Shown here: piece after piece, positions 15,720 to 28,060 of the stretch
Layout: each line of letters begins with the position of its first letter
How positions within the stretch are numbered: position 1 is the first letter of the stretch
Assembly: GCF_009914755.1 (NCBI RefSeq)
Contig: NC_060932.1
DNA length: 64,000 bases
Origin: the human T2T-CHM13v2.0 reference genome, Homo sapiens
Strand: one strand, 5' to 3'
The notes under the pieces: generated by a model
Told to the model about the DNA's origin: nothing
Database searches by the model: none
The model's input: the letters and a program-made list of their open reading frames with translations, nothing else
Translations under genes and position numbers: made by a program

Positions 15720-16153
15720 TGTATTAGTTTTCTAAGGCTATCATACCAAAGTACCAAAAACAGAGTGACTTAAACAACAGAAATTTATTCTCTCATGGTC
15801 TTGGAGGCCAAAAGTCCAAGATTAAGATGTCATTAGAGCCATAATCTCTCTGAAAGTGCCGGGAAAAGTCTGTTCCAGATCTTTCTCCTAGCTTCTGGCA
15901 GCTCCTTGGCTTGTGGCAATATAACTCCAATCTTCACCTAGTGTTCTCTCTCTCTCTGTGTCTGTCTCAGTGCCCACATTTCCTTTTTTAAAATAGGGAC
16001 ACCAGTTATATTTGGTTAGAACCCACCCTAATGACCTCATTTTAGCTTGATTACCTCTGTAAAGACCCTCCTCTCTCCAAATAAGAGGGTTAAAACTCCA
16101 ACATATCTTTTTTGGGGCAAGTGGGAAGAGGGGGCACAATTCGACCTAGAACA
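15720..16153 (-). mobile_element. MLT1B/C-like solo LTR
   Basis: tgtattagttttctaaggct...ttaaacaacagaaatttattctctca...ccaccctaatgacctcattttagcttgattacctctgtaaagaccct. Confidence 0.88.
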
Positions 16154-16699
16154 GGATTATTTGGGGCAGTGTTTCCTCCTTAGGGCAGATTGTGAGAGCC
16201 AGCAGAGGGCTCACCTCTCTGTGTCCTGCTTTCATTAACCTACAAAAGCACTACCTGCGTGGAACACGAGGCTCTAGCTGGGGAGAGCTTACTGAAACAT
16301 TGGGCCCCAAGTGAGATGGCCCCATCATATCTAAGAAGCAAAGAATAAAGGCAAAATTAATATAAATCAGCCAGTTTAAAGGAAATCCAGGGTTATGCTT
16401 GAGAAAACAAAGCACCAGGCATTACAGCGGCAGCAGGAAGCAGAGCTCCTTAGGGACTTGCTGAAAGGATATCCCTCCTGTGTACTCTGGGAGGCAGATT
16501 TCCCCCAGAGCAGCCTTCAAGCACCCTCTGTGGACTGCCTGGGAGTCCACAACACATCTCAGGCCAAGCCACACACTGCCTAAGCAGCCTAGACTGTTTC
16601 AGCTCCAAATCAACTTGAACATGGTTAGCTTGCTACCTCCTCACTAGTCTCCTGCCCCTGTAATCACTGGTCAAAGATACAAGGCAACTCATCTTCTCT

Positions 16700-17540
16700 C
16701 CCTCTCCCTTGCTCTCCCTTTTTTCATGTCCCCCCTCCTCCCCAGTGTCTCTACCCTTTCTTCTATGCTTATCCCCTTACTGTTAAGCACCCCATTGAAT
16801 TTCTCATAGGCTTTTGTCCTTGGCCCACCAACTTTTTTCTTTGTACATTTCAAGGACAACCTTATTTGGTGTCATGGTTTCAGCCACCACCTATATCCAA
16901 CTTCTCCAAGCTGGTGTCAGGCAGAGCCTTGCATTTTTTTTCTGTTTAACAACTTGCCACATAAATGTTTTGTCTCCTCCACGACACCATAAGTTTCATG
17001 AAACGATCAATCATATATGTCTTGTTTGTCATTGTATTTCCTGGGTGTCGCATGTCTTGTTTGTCATTGTATATCCTGGGTGTCTCAGAATGATTAGTAT
17101 GTGATTGTCACTCAATAAATATTTGCTGAACTGTACAGGACAGAATTGCTTCAAAATATTTATCCTGAGCATCCCTTCTGAGTGTCAGACGCCTACTTAC
17201 ACCTGCCACCTCTTGCTCCATAGGTACTCATGAGTCCAAAACTGACCAACTCTCAGTCTGGTCTGCCTATGTCTGGATTGCCCTAGTCTCCCACACTGAA
17301 AGCCTGAGAATCCATTCTTTCCTCCTCTCTCCCCCACCCTCCATATCCAATCAGTCCTTCCAAATACATCTCCTAAATCTTTCTCAAATTCTTCCTCTCT
17401 CTCCAGTCCATTCCTTCACTAGAATATAAGCTACAAGGGCAGGGATGTTAGCCTGTTTTGTTCACTGCCATATTCCCAGCGCCTAGAATAGAGCCTGTCA
17501 CATAACAGGTGCTCAAAAATGTTTGTTGAATGAATGAATC
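16700..17540 (+). mobile_element. Cluster of L2 fragments (at least two 3' ends)
   Basis: ctcaataaatatttgctgaa (about 17130) and cactagaatataagct...gtgctcaaaaatgtttgttgaatgaatgaat (17417-17539). Confidence 0.75.
17017..17084. repeat. 35-bp-period tandem duplication
   Basis: atgtcttgtttgtcattgta(t/a)... 33-bp unit at 17017 and 17052 with one mismatch. Confidence 0.95.
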
Positions 17541-17978
17541 CTACCAACACTCTAGTTCTATTTATATCAGTCATCTGTGCTGCATAACAAACCTCTCCCA
17601 AACTTAATGACTTAAAACAGCAGAAATTTGTTATTTCTGATGGGTGGTTCTTGGGCTGGCTTTGCCTGGGCTCACGTACATGATTGCAGTCAGAGAGCTG
17701 CCTTGGAATGGCTGGCTGAGCGGGGTGCCTCAGTTCTCCTTGGTGCCGCCTCTTACCATGACTGACTTCTTCACAGTGAGGTGGTCTCAGAGTTCCAAGA
17801 GGCAGAATGTGAAAGGTGTACAGTCTCTTAAAGCCTTGTCTTGGAAATCACATAGAGTACCATCTGCTGTGATAAAATCATGTCACAAGGCTAGGGAAGA
17901 TTCAAAGGTGTGAAGAAATAGACTCAACCTCTTGAAAGAAGGAGTGGCAATGCCACATATGGCTTAAATGTACACGGA

Positions 17979-18627
17979 TGTTAGGGCTCAGAAAATGGTA
18001 CCCCAAAATGAAGGCCTCATCAGGAGCCTCAGAAGCAAAAGTTTCTCGCTGATCATCTCCTGAACTTCTGTCTCTGGCCCCTCATTTTTCCCAAAGCTAC
18101 CGATACAAACTAGAAGCCCTCTCCCTCAAGATGGGTCTTAGAAACCAGAACCCCTTTTCCCCAAAGCCAGCCATAAAGACTCAGTCTATCACTTTAACCC
18201 CAGCCCTTCACCTTTCTGTGTAAAAACTGGCCATAAAAAAACTATCTGACCTACCTTGTTTGATTGCAGATCATAAGACTCCCATTCCAGAGAGGGCCCT
18301 GCCCCATACCTAGTAGGAAGGAATGCTGCACAGAGAGGCCAAGAAGAATCTAGACAGACCTTGCTGGGCTTCCCCACTCAGTCTATTAGCATTAGGTCAT
18401 ACCCTTTCTGTCCAATCACGTTTCTACACAGCTGTCCATACTTTGTTGAACCTAAGCATAAAAATGGAAAGGGTCCTCTGCATCTTTGGGTCTTCATTCT
18501 GAAGGTTTCTGTGTCAAGGAAAACTATGATCAAATAAATGTGTATGCCTTTTCTCCTATTCTTCTTTTGTCAGTGATTTTCAGTGAATCTTCAGAGAGTA
18601 ATGGGGAAGTTTTCCCTTGGCATCTAT
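17979..18627 (+). mobile_element. ERV1 solo LTR (MER39B-like, MER4 group)
   Basis: tgttagggctcagaaaatggtaccccaaaatgaaggcctca...ccccaaagccagccataaa...aataaatgtgtatgccttttctccta...ggggaagttttcccttggc. Confidence 0.8.
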
Positions 18628-18845
18628 ATGGCCCTCCAAAGTTTGTATGTTGAAGCCTAATCACCAAGGTGATTGTATTGCAAGGTGGGACTTCTGGGAG
18701 GTAATTGTGTCATGAGGGCTTGTTTCTCATGGATGGGATTAGCACCCTTAAAATGGGCTTGAGGGAGTAGGTACCTTCCTCTTTCCTTCCCACTCTTCTG
18801 CCATGTGAGAGCAAAGCATTTATCCCTTTTGTCCTTTCTGCCCCT

Positions 18846-19266
18846 TGTATTAGGTCATTGTTTGATTGCCGTAAAGGAATACCTGAGACTGGGTTATTTA
18901 TAAAGAAAAGAAGTTTAATTCACTCATGGTTCAGCAGGCTGTTCAGGAAGCATAGAGGCATCTGCTCAGCTTCTGAGGAAGCCTTGGGAAACTTACAATT
19001 ATGGCAGAAGGCAAAGGGGGTGCAGGCATTTCACATGGTGAAAGCAGGAGCAAGAGAGAGATGGGAAAGGTGCCACACACCTTTAAACAACCAGATCTCA
19101 TGAGAACTCACTCACTATAATGAGGACAGTACCAAGAGGATGGCAGTAAACATCATGAGAAATCCACCCCCATGATTCAATCACCTCCCACCAGGCCCCA
19201 CCTCCAACATTGGGGATTGCATTTCAACATGAGATTTGGGCAGGGACACAGTTCCAAACCACATCA
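18846..19266 (-). mobile_element. MSTA/MSTB solo LTR
   Basis: Intact TG...CA ends and perfect 5-bp TSD cccct (18841-18845, 19267-19271). Confidence 0.92.
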
Positions 19267-20985
19267 CCCCTTTTGCCATGTGAAGATGCAGCAAGAAGAC
19301 CCTCACCAGACTCCATGCCAGTGCCTTGACCTAGGGCTTCCCAACCTCCAGAACTGTGAGAAATAAATTTTTGTTTTTATAAATTACCCAGTCTTAGGTA
19401 TTTTGTTCTATCAAACAAATAGACTAATACACATGGCAAAAGAATGTAAACAGGCAGACATGGTTCATTGGGAGCCATTATGATAACAACTAACCACACC
19501 ATCTCTCTCCCAGGTCACTGCAGCAGCCTCAAACTGTGGAGGCTGTGCATGTTTCAAAGCCATTTCCCACATTGCTGGCAGGATGATCTTCCTGAAGCAC
19601 AAATCTGACCTACTGCCATTTGCCAAAACAATATCCTTTGAATAGCAAATGATTAGCTATAATTGTAGCTCCATCTACCTTTCACTGACAGTATTTTGTT
19701 GCCATGCAGAAGGAAGTAAATAGATACATGCATCCACAGGTTAGCTCAGGTGATGACCTACAAGGATGCTTGACTCATCCATGGATGGCACAGAGACACC
19801 CTCCACAGAGTGTGGCGTCAGCAGCCTGCAATTGACTTCCAACTTGGCCACCTCCTCGTTTTGACTGTGAACTGAAATCTTACAAAAGAAGGGATGGCAA
19901 AGGAAAAACTAAACAGAAGGAAGATTTAGAAACAAAAGACAGGTGGTTTGGAAAAAGTGAAACTTATAAAAAGAGTAGTCAAGCAGAGGAATAAAACCAA
20001 GATCTTTGCTTCCTTCAGTTCTCTTTTGGTAACTAAGACTTAAAATATGAAGTCTTGAAAATTAGGGGGAATGTGCATATTCTTCATCTTTCTATTATTT
20101 TTAAATTTCAATATATGGATTTTTAAATGTTTAAACAATATGTCAGGAATTACAAATGCTTTTGCTAACAAGCTTTGTAGAGCTAAGCTGCCATTATTAG
20201 CATCTTGGGGAAGTACTTCCAGTGTGCCCACCATATGTTCCTCTGGAGTGTTTTCTGGTTTTGTTTCTGCACAAGTTGTGTTCTCAGAGCATCCTGCAAG
20301 AGATGATATAGAGAATCCCAAGACGATAGAAATGTAGAGATAGGCTAAGATGCCCCAAAATAAATCTTTGCCTGTTCTGTTTGCCCAGTACATGGTGAAA
20401 GGCTGTGAGATTGAGATGGAATGGTAGACAGAGCTCAGTTAATAGGAAAAGTTCTGGAGTATGCTGGCAGAAGTGTAATTCAGCTCAAAATGCACCTCCC
20501 TCTCCCTTCATTCACGGGCTCTACACCAGTGAAGCAGCTTGAGGTTCTTATCATTCTGACTGGAAGCTCATAGAATAACAGAGGGAAGGGTGTTAGCAGC
20601 TTAAATAAAGAATTAGCTGTAGATCCAAGACAGTAGGAAACCAGAAAATAAGAAGTATACTGGGACATCAGGATGGGCACCTGGAGCCGGGCGTCATATG
20701 TTTAAAGCCTAGTTGCTTCCTTACCTTGCCTGAACAGGTGGTGGGAGCAAGAATGCTCATGTGTTGGTTACCAAGACAAATAACCCTGAGGCTTCAGGAG
20801 TCTGGGAGTTTGAAACTTGAAGATACTAGAAGACAACAGGCATCCAAGCTCAAAATAATGAAACTGGAGTGGAAGCCTCAGACACACCTACCAGCTGACA
20901 CTGCCTTCACCCTTGCTTGCAATTTGACCCTGAAAATTCAGGGAAATGGGAGTGACAGTTCACCCCTACAGGACAAGAATAGTTT

Positions 20986-21308
20986 TCTTTATTTTTTAAA
21001 TAATATTTTTATTTATTTTATTTTTTTAGATGGAGTTTTGCTCTTGTCACCCAGGCTGGAGTGCAATAGTGCGACTCGGCTCCCTGCAACCTCTGCCTCC
21101 CAGGTTCAAGTGATTCTCCTGCTTCAGCCTCCCGAGTAGCTGGGATTACAGGCGCCTGCCACCATGCCCAGCTAATTTTTGTATTTTTAGTAGAGACAGG
21201 GTTTCACCACATTGGCCAGGCTGGTCTGAAACTCCTGACCTCAGGTGATCCACCCGCCTCAGCCTCCCAAAGTGCTGGGATTATAGGCGTGAGCCACTGC
21301 ACCCAGCC
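20986..21308 (-). mobile_element. AluS (Sq/Sx-like)
   Basis: Full dimer; 11-bp TSD aagaatagttt (20975-20985, 21309-21319). Confidence 0.96.
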
Positions 21309-21719
21309 AAGAATAGTTTCCTAGTGTAACCAACGACTCTTACTCTTTCTGGTTGGGTACAATGAACTCCCTGAGTGGTATCCTAAGATCCACCACCTGA
21401 GGCCCCTCATGCCTCCATTAGCAGGAAGACCAAATTTTGTCCCACCAGCTCATCTTTCATGATATTCCAGAGCCCCAGAGGGCTTCCCCCGTACAATGGG
21501 TCAGTCCTGTCACTGTTCCCTCTTAGGAAGATACCAGAAGTGTGGACATTCCATCAAAGAGACCTCTTCTCTGCTGTTGTTACCACTGCATGCTGTAACT
21601 AGAAGTCAAGCATCTCTGCGCAGTCCTGCTTACTTAAGAAAAACCCCATGTCTTCTTTAGCAACTTCAAGATTCATGTATCAGTGATTATTGGGAAGAAC
21701 TGACCTCCTCCAGCTTTCC

Positions 21720-21903
21720 TGGAGCTGCAGCTCCTTCCTCTGTGTTTCTATAGTATGCTTTTAAGCCACACCTCTTTGGCAGCACTTTCCACATAGTCTT
21801 GTTCTTTACATTTATCTGCCCATCTTTGTGAGCGCTCAGAACATGTATAGTGCCTAGTTGGTAGAGGGGGTAAATATGGGTTGAATAAATGAATGACTGA
21901 ATG
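21720..21903 (+). mobile_element. L2 3' end
   Basis: tagtgcctag...taaatatgggttgaataaatgaatgactgaatg terminal repeat. Confidence 0.5.
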
Positions 21904-22035
21904 CTACCTTAAGAAATATCTAGAAACCTTGCTTATATTCATACAGACCTGGAAGTGAGTAAAGGAGAAATCTGGGGAGTAAAAGCAGGCTAAAATCTTC
22001 AAGTTGCATAAAAAGCGTCAAAAGATGCTATTTAA

Positions 22036-22346
22036 GGCCTGGCGCAGTGGCTCACACCTGTAATCCCAGCACTTTGGGAGGCCGAGGCAGGCAGATCACT
22101 AGGTCAGGAGATCAAGACCATCCTGGCTAACATAGTGAAACCCTGTCTCTACTAAAAATACAAAAAAAAAAAAAAAAAAAAAAAGCCAGTCGCGGTGGCA
22201 GACGCCTGTAGTCCCAGTCTTAGCTACTGAGGAGGCTGAGGCAGGAGAATGGCCTGAACCTGGGAGGTGAAGCTTGCAGTGAACGGAGATCATGCACTCC
22301 AGCCTGGGTGACAGAGCGAGACTCCATCTCCAAAAAAAAAAAAAAA
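22036..22346 (+). mobile_element. AluY-like
   Basis: Y diagnostics ctggctaaca, gagaatggc and agcttgcagtg; central linker expanded to A23; TSD aaag(a/g)tgc(t/a)atttaa. Confidence 0.93.
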
Positions 22347-22419
22347 GGTGCAATTTAATTATTACTTTGATAATTAGAAAGATATATCAGTATTTTTTAA
22401 ATTAAAGATAAGTGGTTTC

Positions 22420-22605
22420 TTCAATCCTCTGCAGTTATTGGAAAAGGTGGCTACCATGACTATCATTTTACAAAGCAGAACCTGAGGCTCAGGTTGGTTG
22501 AGTGACTTTCCTAAGGTAACCACAGCTAGTAAGCAGTAAAGGTAGGTTCTGCACTGAGGACTACCTGCCTCCACATCTGTTTCCACTAGACCACATTGCT
22601 TCCTT
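22420..22605 (-). mobile_element. MIR
   Basis: cattttacaaagcagaacctgaggctcag...ttgagtgactttcctaaggtaaccacagctagtaag. Confidence 0.8.
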
Positions 22606-22624
22606 CTGGCCTCTCACATAAAGT

Positions 22625-22805
22625 TATTGATTCATTGGCTGATTCATTCATTCATTTGCTAAGCTCCTAGCTTGGACTGGACACTGCTCTAGGCATTGGG
22701 GATAGAAAGATACATAAAGGTCATACTCTGGCAGCACAGAGGAGTAATTTATCCTGCCTGGTGGGTCAGAGAAGGGTTTACAGAACAGGGGCATCTGAGC
22801 TAGGT
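22625..22805 (-). mobile_element. L2 3' end
   Basis: attcattcattcattt...gacactgctctaggcattggggatagaaagat...ggtcagagaaggg. Confidence 0.7.
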
Positions 22806-22899
22806 CTACCTCTCTTGATTAAGTCAATTATTCCCTCTTGTGGCTTAAGCTACATCCGATATGATACTGTTACTTGCAACAAGAAGAGTCCTCATACAT

Positions 22900-23130
22900 A
22901 CTGTGTGGATGTACCCATATTTATAAACTAATCTCATATTGTTGGACATTTAGGTTGTTTCCAAAATTTCAATATTATGAACAAGATTAAGATTAACTTT
23001 TACATATGCATCTTTGTGTACATGTCCTGCAGGGTCAAAAGTTATGTCTTTGATTTCTGTTACCCTATTGCCTTCCTAAAAGATTTCTCAATTACTATTC
23101 CACCATCATTGTAACAGAATGCCAAGTTTT
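22900..23130 (-). mobile_element. Old L1M fragment
   Basis: ttgttggacatttaggttgtttcca...tattccaccatca. Confidence 0.6.
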
Positions 23131-23254
23131 CCCAAGCAGCCTGACTTCTAGTTGCTGAGCTCTGTATTAGGATCAAGATAATTTGCATGAAACTACTTTA
23201 CAAATAGTTAACTTTTTCTTCATTACAAAGCACAGCCTTTTCCTTAAGAATGGA

Positions 23255-23478
23255 ACAAGTATCATTAAGTGCTTCCTATGTGCCGGGCATTGCACTAAGA
23301 ACTATATATACATCATGCTTATTAAACTTCACAAGCCTTTGAGGAATGGACTGTTATAATCCCCATTTTACAGAAGAGAAAACTGAGGCTCATAGAATTG
23401 AACTAATTTATCCAAGGTCATATGCAGTCAGCATTTGAACTCAGGTCAGATTTCAGATCCTCACTTTTATCATTACTG
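23255..23478 (-). mobile_element. MIR
   Basis: gtgcttcctatgtgccgggcattgcactaag...ccccattttacagaagagaaaactgaggctca...tccaaggtca. Confidence 0.9.
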
Positions 23479-24324
23479 GTTTAAGTTGAAATGTGGAAGT
23501 ATGAAATAGTGGGGGTGTCAGATATGTACCTAGTTAACAATACTAGCAGGCAAAGTTAGATAATAGACGCTCTAAATATATAAGTATGGAAGGTAAATGT
23601 GTGCCCTTTCTAGAATGACTCAGTCCCAGCTCCATGATAGCAGCTGAAGGTGAAGAAATAAGTAACTGAGAAACAATGATATCCCAATATGTTACCCCTC
23701 AATTTCCTTTCTCCCCTCTATGCATATCCTAACTCATCACAAGCGATCCTCACTAAAGAAAGGACTAGAGATGGGGTTCATCACCTCATCCCCATCAAAA
23801 TTCCTTGGTTTATAAAAACTGAAAAGATATTAAGATTCCTACTTGATTCTTAATAGTAGTTAATTATTACCTAGTTGTTTGCCCAGTAAAGACCAATTTT
23901 TCTCCTTTTTGCCCCTTGTTTTTTAAATCCAAATACCAAAAAACCCCTCATTTAATTATAAATATAATCCATTTTTATGCTACTAAAAATTCAAAATGTG
24001 AGTCATACACACCAGAGTCAAATAGTTTTCTCTCTTTCTAGCATCTATTAGGGTACTTTGAAAACTGCTCATAAGTCTTCCTCAACTACCAGCTGGTTTC
24101 CTGTCTCCTCCCAGACTGGGGCTCAGGTGACCAAGTCCCAAGGCTGTCAGTCAACACAAGAACAGCCTGACTGGGCTGTGGGCCTGTGGCTCTGAACACA
24201 CCTGCCACACTCTCATGTCACTCCTGTGGGACAAAGCAGGATGTGCTGGTGGGACACTGCCCAGGTGATGTGAGACCTTGTAGCTTCCTGGTGAAGGGAT
24301 CTGGGAACCATGCCAGTTTAGTGG

Positions 24325-24475
24325 ATTTATGACTGTGGGTCAGCTTCTAAACCTCAGTTTCCTCATCTACAAAATGGTGATAAATGACATTCTCAAAACC
24401 ATTGTGGGGACTTAATAATGAGATAATGATATTAAACTCTCAGCCCTGCACCTGGCACATACAGTGTTCAAACAT
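24325..24475 (+). mobile_element. MIR
   Basis: cctcagtttcctcatctacaaaatgg...aatgagataatg...cctggcacatacagtgttcaa. Confidence 0.8.
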
Positions 24476-25014
24476 GGCCATTGTGAGTGGCTTTACACTG
24501 GGAACCAGGAAGGACAATACATCCATCGTGACCCTGTCTTGGATGCTGGAACTGCTATGTCTTCTCTCTGTTCCCTTGGCTCTGCATGCCTCTGTCCTCC
24601 AGGAGATGAGCATAAAAACGGGGGAGCACACAGCACCTCTATTAGCAGCCTCAGTGGCATTGCTGGAGAGTCAACCACTGTCTCCTAGGTACATTCTGTC
24701 CTCAGTTGCATATTTTCAACCATTACCCCTGTTTCTGCTCATACCATATTTCCTTACAGCAAATTCTTAGTCCTCATCTCACTTGGACTCCTGCATGGTG
24801 ATGGCATGAGCACTAGAGCTGCAGGATTTAAGAAACGGAGGGAAAATGATGGATTCACATTCACTTGGACATAACAGGCATCTACTTTCATCAAAGCAGA
24901 AGGTAAAAGAACATTCCTAGTCTGTTTCAAATTATTTAAAGTGACGTTCTTGTAATAGTAGAATTAATAAAATATTTGCTTATAATTTACTGATCATAAA
25001 CTATGCTCTTAAAT

Positions 25015-25260
25015 TGGTATCTCTCAAAGCATACTCCATGGAATACCTGCTCTGAAGAATGTTAACACAACGTTAAAAATCATTTCTTGCCCATAAAATG
25101 TGAGAAAAGGCTCTCCAAGCCTTGGAAATGAAAGCGTGCACTGTGAATCTCTAAAGGGAGTTACGGCATGCAATATTTTCCAAACTGGCCTTCAAGCTCT
25201 GTTTGTGAGAAACATCTCCCAGGACTCGTGTTCTTCTGAATACACTTTGGAGAATGGTTG
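25015..25260. mobile_element. Possible non-autonomous hAT-Charlie element
   Basis: Degenerate inverted ends tctcaaagcatactccatggaatac ... gaatacactttggagaatggttg; family not determined. Confidence 0.45.
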
Positions 25261-25957
25261 TGAACTCAAGGAAGGTGAAACCACATTTATTGGTTGTTCT
25301 ATAAAATCAAACTTGGAGGTGAGGCTGAGAATGACATCCTTGGAAACAGTCAGAGAATCTCTCTTGTTGCCATCAGGAATTGAAGACAGGGGAGAACAGT
25401 GGTCAGGGATGGGCCAGTCTGTCCAAAGGGGACAGCAGGTTTTGGAGACAAGGTGGCACATATGTAGAGAGCTCTTCTGCCCTGGCTGCTTGTCATGGAT
25501 AGGAATATAATGTGTGCCCAAAAGAGACTATGGCATAGTGAGGCAGGGAGGGTGGTCTAGCACATTCCTCTCTTTAGCTTTTTGGAAATAGGGTAGAACT
25601 GTGCAAAGAAATTAAGCCAGTGTCAGTAAGTTATGAAATAAAAGACCTGATTCTGTATTTCTGCAGTAGTATACAAAAATCACAGAATTTTTAGCCACAT
25701 GGAAAACAAAAACATAGAAAACCCTGAGGACTTCAGTTTGCCTCACTTAGGCTTATCACCGCTATATGCAAGTAACTTGTGCCTCTCCCTGCAGACCCCT
25801 CAGCATTTCAGTCTTGCTCTCATTTATGTCCAGCCCATGTACTTGACTGTGGACTTTTTCTTCCCACCTCTGTGCCTCATCCCAACCTCAGATAGGATAT
25901 ATAATTTTGTTCAGGACTATTTCACTTCCCCGTGGCACCGAAGAAAATGACATTTTA

Positions 25958-26126
<169 letters not shown>

Positions 26127-26129
26127 TTA

Positions 26130-26902
26130 AAACAAAGCCTGGCTTGAACTAAAATTGACTTTATCAGATCATATCACTGAAAGGTTTAAGAGACGTTTGG
26201 TTTCGGGCACAGCTTGAGAAGGCCTCAAACAAGGTCATCGGGATCAGGGTTCTGGTCCTCATCTTTTTTTATTGTTGTTCACGTCTCGGTCTGTTGTGCA
26301 GGCTGGAGTGCAGTGGTGCAATCTCGGCTCACTGCAACCTCCGCCTTCCAGTTCAAGTGGTTCTCCTGCCTCAGCCTCCCAAGTAGCTGGGATTACAGGT
26401 GTGTGCCACCACGCCCAGCTAATTTTTGTATTTTTAATAGAGACAGGGTTTCACCACGTTTGCCAGGCTGGTCTCGAACTCCTGACCTCGTGATCTGCCC
26501 GCCTCGGTCTCCCAGAGTGCTGGGATTACAGACGTGAGCCACTGCGCCTGGTCTCTAGTCTCAACTTTCGGCTCCACTTCCGGCCTGATGGCTTCATGCT
26601 CAGTGCCACAGCATGGCAAGATGGCTGCCGCTGCTCCTCAGTCTTCAACTCCAAGTCCAGCAGATAGAGTGGTTTCTTTCCCAGAAATCCCTGCAGTGGT
26701 CAAGTTGAATCTCATTGGCTCTGATTGGGTCCAATCACTGGGTATAGGAAATGGGTTGTTCTGATTGGTACCAGCCTAGGTCCGGGTCACATGCTCCAGC
26801 ACTCCAACCAGAGCACAAGGATAAGAAGAAAATCTATGCTATTTAGTTACCAGAAAAAGATGAATGGCTGCTGGGGAGCATAAGGGAGAGATCTCCACTA
26901 TA
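26130..26902 (-). mobile_element. MLT1K/L-like LTR interrupted by an Alu
   Basis: catggcaagatggctgcc, tctcattggctctgattgggtc, ttctgattgg...ggtcacatgctcc; ends tccactata. Confidence 0.7.
26264..26553 (-). mobile_element. AluS (Sg/Sc-like)
   Basis: Antisense dimer with gacctcgtgatc; eroded tail. Confidence 0.93.
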
Positions 26903-26924
26903 CTAGACTCGATACTAGGTCATT

Positions 26925-27310
26925 TAGTATAGAGGATAAAGGCTCAAATGCTGCAGCTAGATTACCTGTGTTTAAATCCTGGCTATGGCCTCGTTATCTG
27001 AGTGACAAGTTCTTTGTTTGTAGAGACAGGGACTTGCTATGTTGCCCAGGCTGCACTTGAACTTCTGGACTCAAGCAATCCTACTGCTTTGGCCTCCCAA
27101 AATAGTGGGATTACAGTCATGAGCCCCCATGCCTGGCCTGAGGGATAAGTTCTATTAACCTCATGGCGCCTCAGTTTTCTTCCCTGACAAATGGAAATGA
27201 TGAAACTGTTTACCCCTTAGGATTGTTGTGAGGCTTCACTGACTCCCTGTACATACACCACTTAGAAACTGTCAGGCAGTTACAATGTCATACCTTGATG
27301 TTAGCTGTTA
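26925..27310 (+). mobile_element. MIR split by a FLAM insertion
   Basis: cctgtgtttaaatcctggct... then aacctc...gcctcagttttcttccctgacaaatgg...ggattgttgtgagg. Confidence 0.75.
27011..27138 (-). mobile_element. FLAM (free left Alu monomer)
   Basis: Monomer only; TSD tgag(t/g)ga(c/t)aagttct. Confidence 0.88.
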
Positions 27311-27574
27311 CCCAGGAGATGACTTGACTCCAAGACTTCCCTCTGAAGTATTTGCACTTGCCTTTTCTGGGTATTTCCCCCTTCTTTTTAAATTGTAAAG
27401 AAGGAGTCAGGAGGTAGAGGCTGGTAGGTTTGTGGCCCTAGGGCCTCCTTTCCTTGCTCTGCAAGGCTGGGGGTGCCATCAGCATTGCCTTATTTGATGT
27501 GGGAACTCCAGCAACTTTGAGTCAATACATGTCAATAGAGTCATCCATAAAAATGATCATCAAGGATCATTTAT

Positions 27575-28060
27575 TAACTTCACAGATGCGTATCGAGTAA
27601 ACATCTATTGGCTGCTCCTATGTGTACTTAGGGCTGAGGTTGCCAAGTTGAATGAACATGTGACTGTTCTCTAGAACCTCGTAGACTAGAGGGAAAGACA
27701 GGCATGAAAACAGGCAACTAAAATAAAAAGGATTTATTACAGAAGTGTGTACCAGATGTCAACTCTATCTAGGATGGGGAATGGGTTCATTTTATACAAA
27801 AGAAGAGGTGGTTACACGGAATCTTTAAAAAGAAAAAAAAAGTGTGGAAAGGAAAGTGCGGAAGGGAGGGGAAGTCATTCAAGGCTGAAAGATGAGCATG
27901 CGCAAAGGCAGGGCAGCGTAAAGAGTGATCTCAGGTCTCTCAGTGGGGATTAGCTTGGGTGTTTAAGTTTGTGCATAAACTTCTAAGAGGAGGTTGAAGA
28001 TGGAAGGAAACTCAGAAGTGATGGAAGGTCGCACAGCTCCTTTGCAGCAGACCCAAATAC
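27575..28060 (-). mobile_element. L2 fragment
   Basis: aaacatctattggctgctcctatgtg...tctagaacctcgtagactagaggg...cattcaaggctgaaagatgagcatgcgcaaaggc. Confidence 0.65.

Larger units (their letters stand above)
17958..19432 (+). mobile_element. MSTD/MLT1A-like LTR in three parts (about 17958-17978, 18628-18845, 19267-19432)
   Basis: tatggcttaaatgt | ccctccaaagtttgtatgttgaagcctaatc... | ctccagaactgtgagaaataaattt...aaatagactaataca. Confidence 0.8.
17563..19498 (-). mobile_element. MLT1G/H-like LTR, outer element of a second nest; parts about 17563-17957 and 19433-19498
   Basis: gctgcataacaaacctctcccaaacttaatgacttaaaacagc...agattcaaaggtgtgaagaaatagactcaacctcttga; resumes catggcaaaagaatgt...taaccaca. 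Confidence 0.75.

Noticed and set aside
20040-20393. Overlapping opposite-strand ORFs with hydrophobic N-termini
   Set aside because: Explained by AT-rich composition; no homology recognised and no promoter or splice context.
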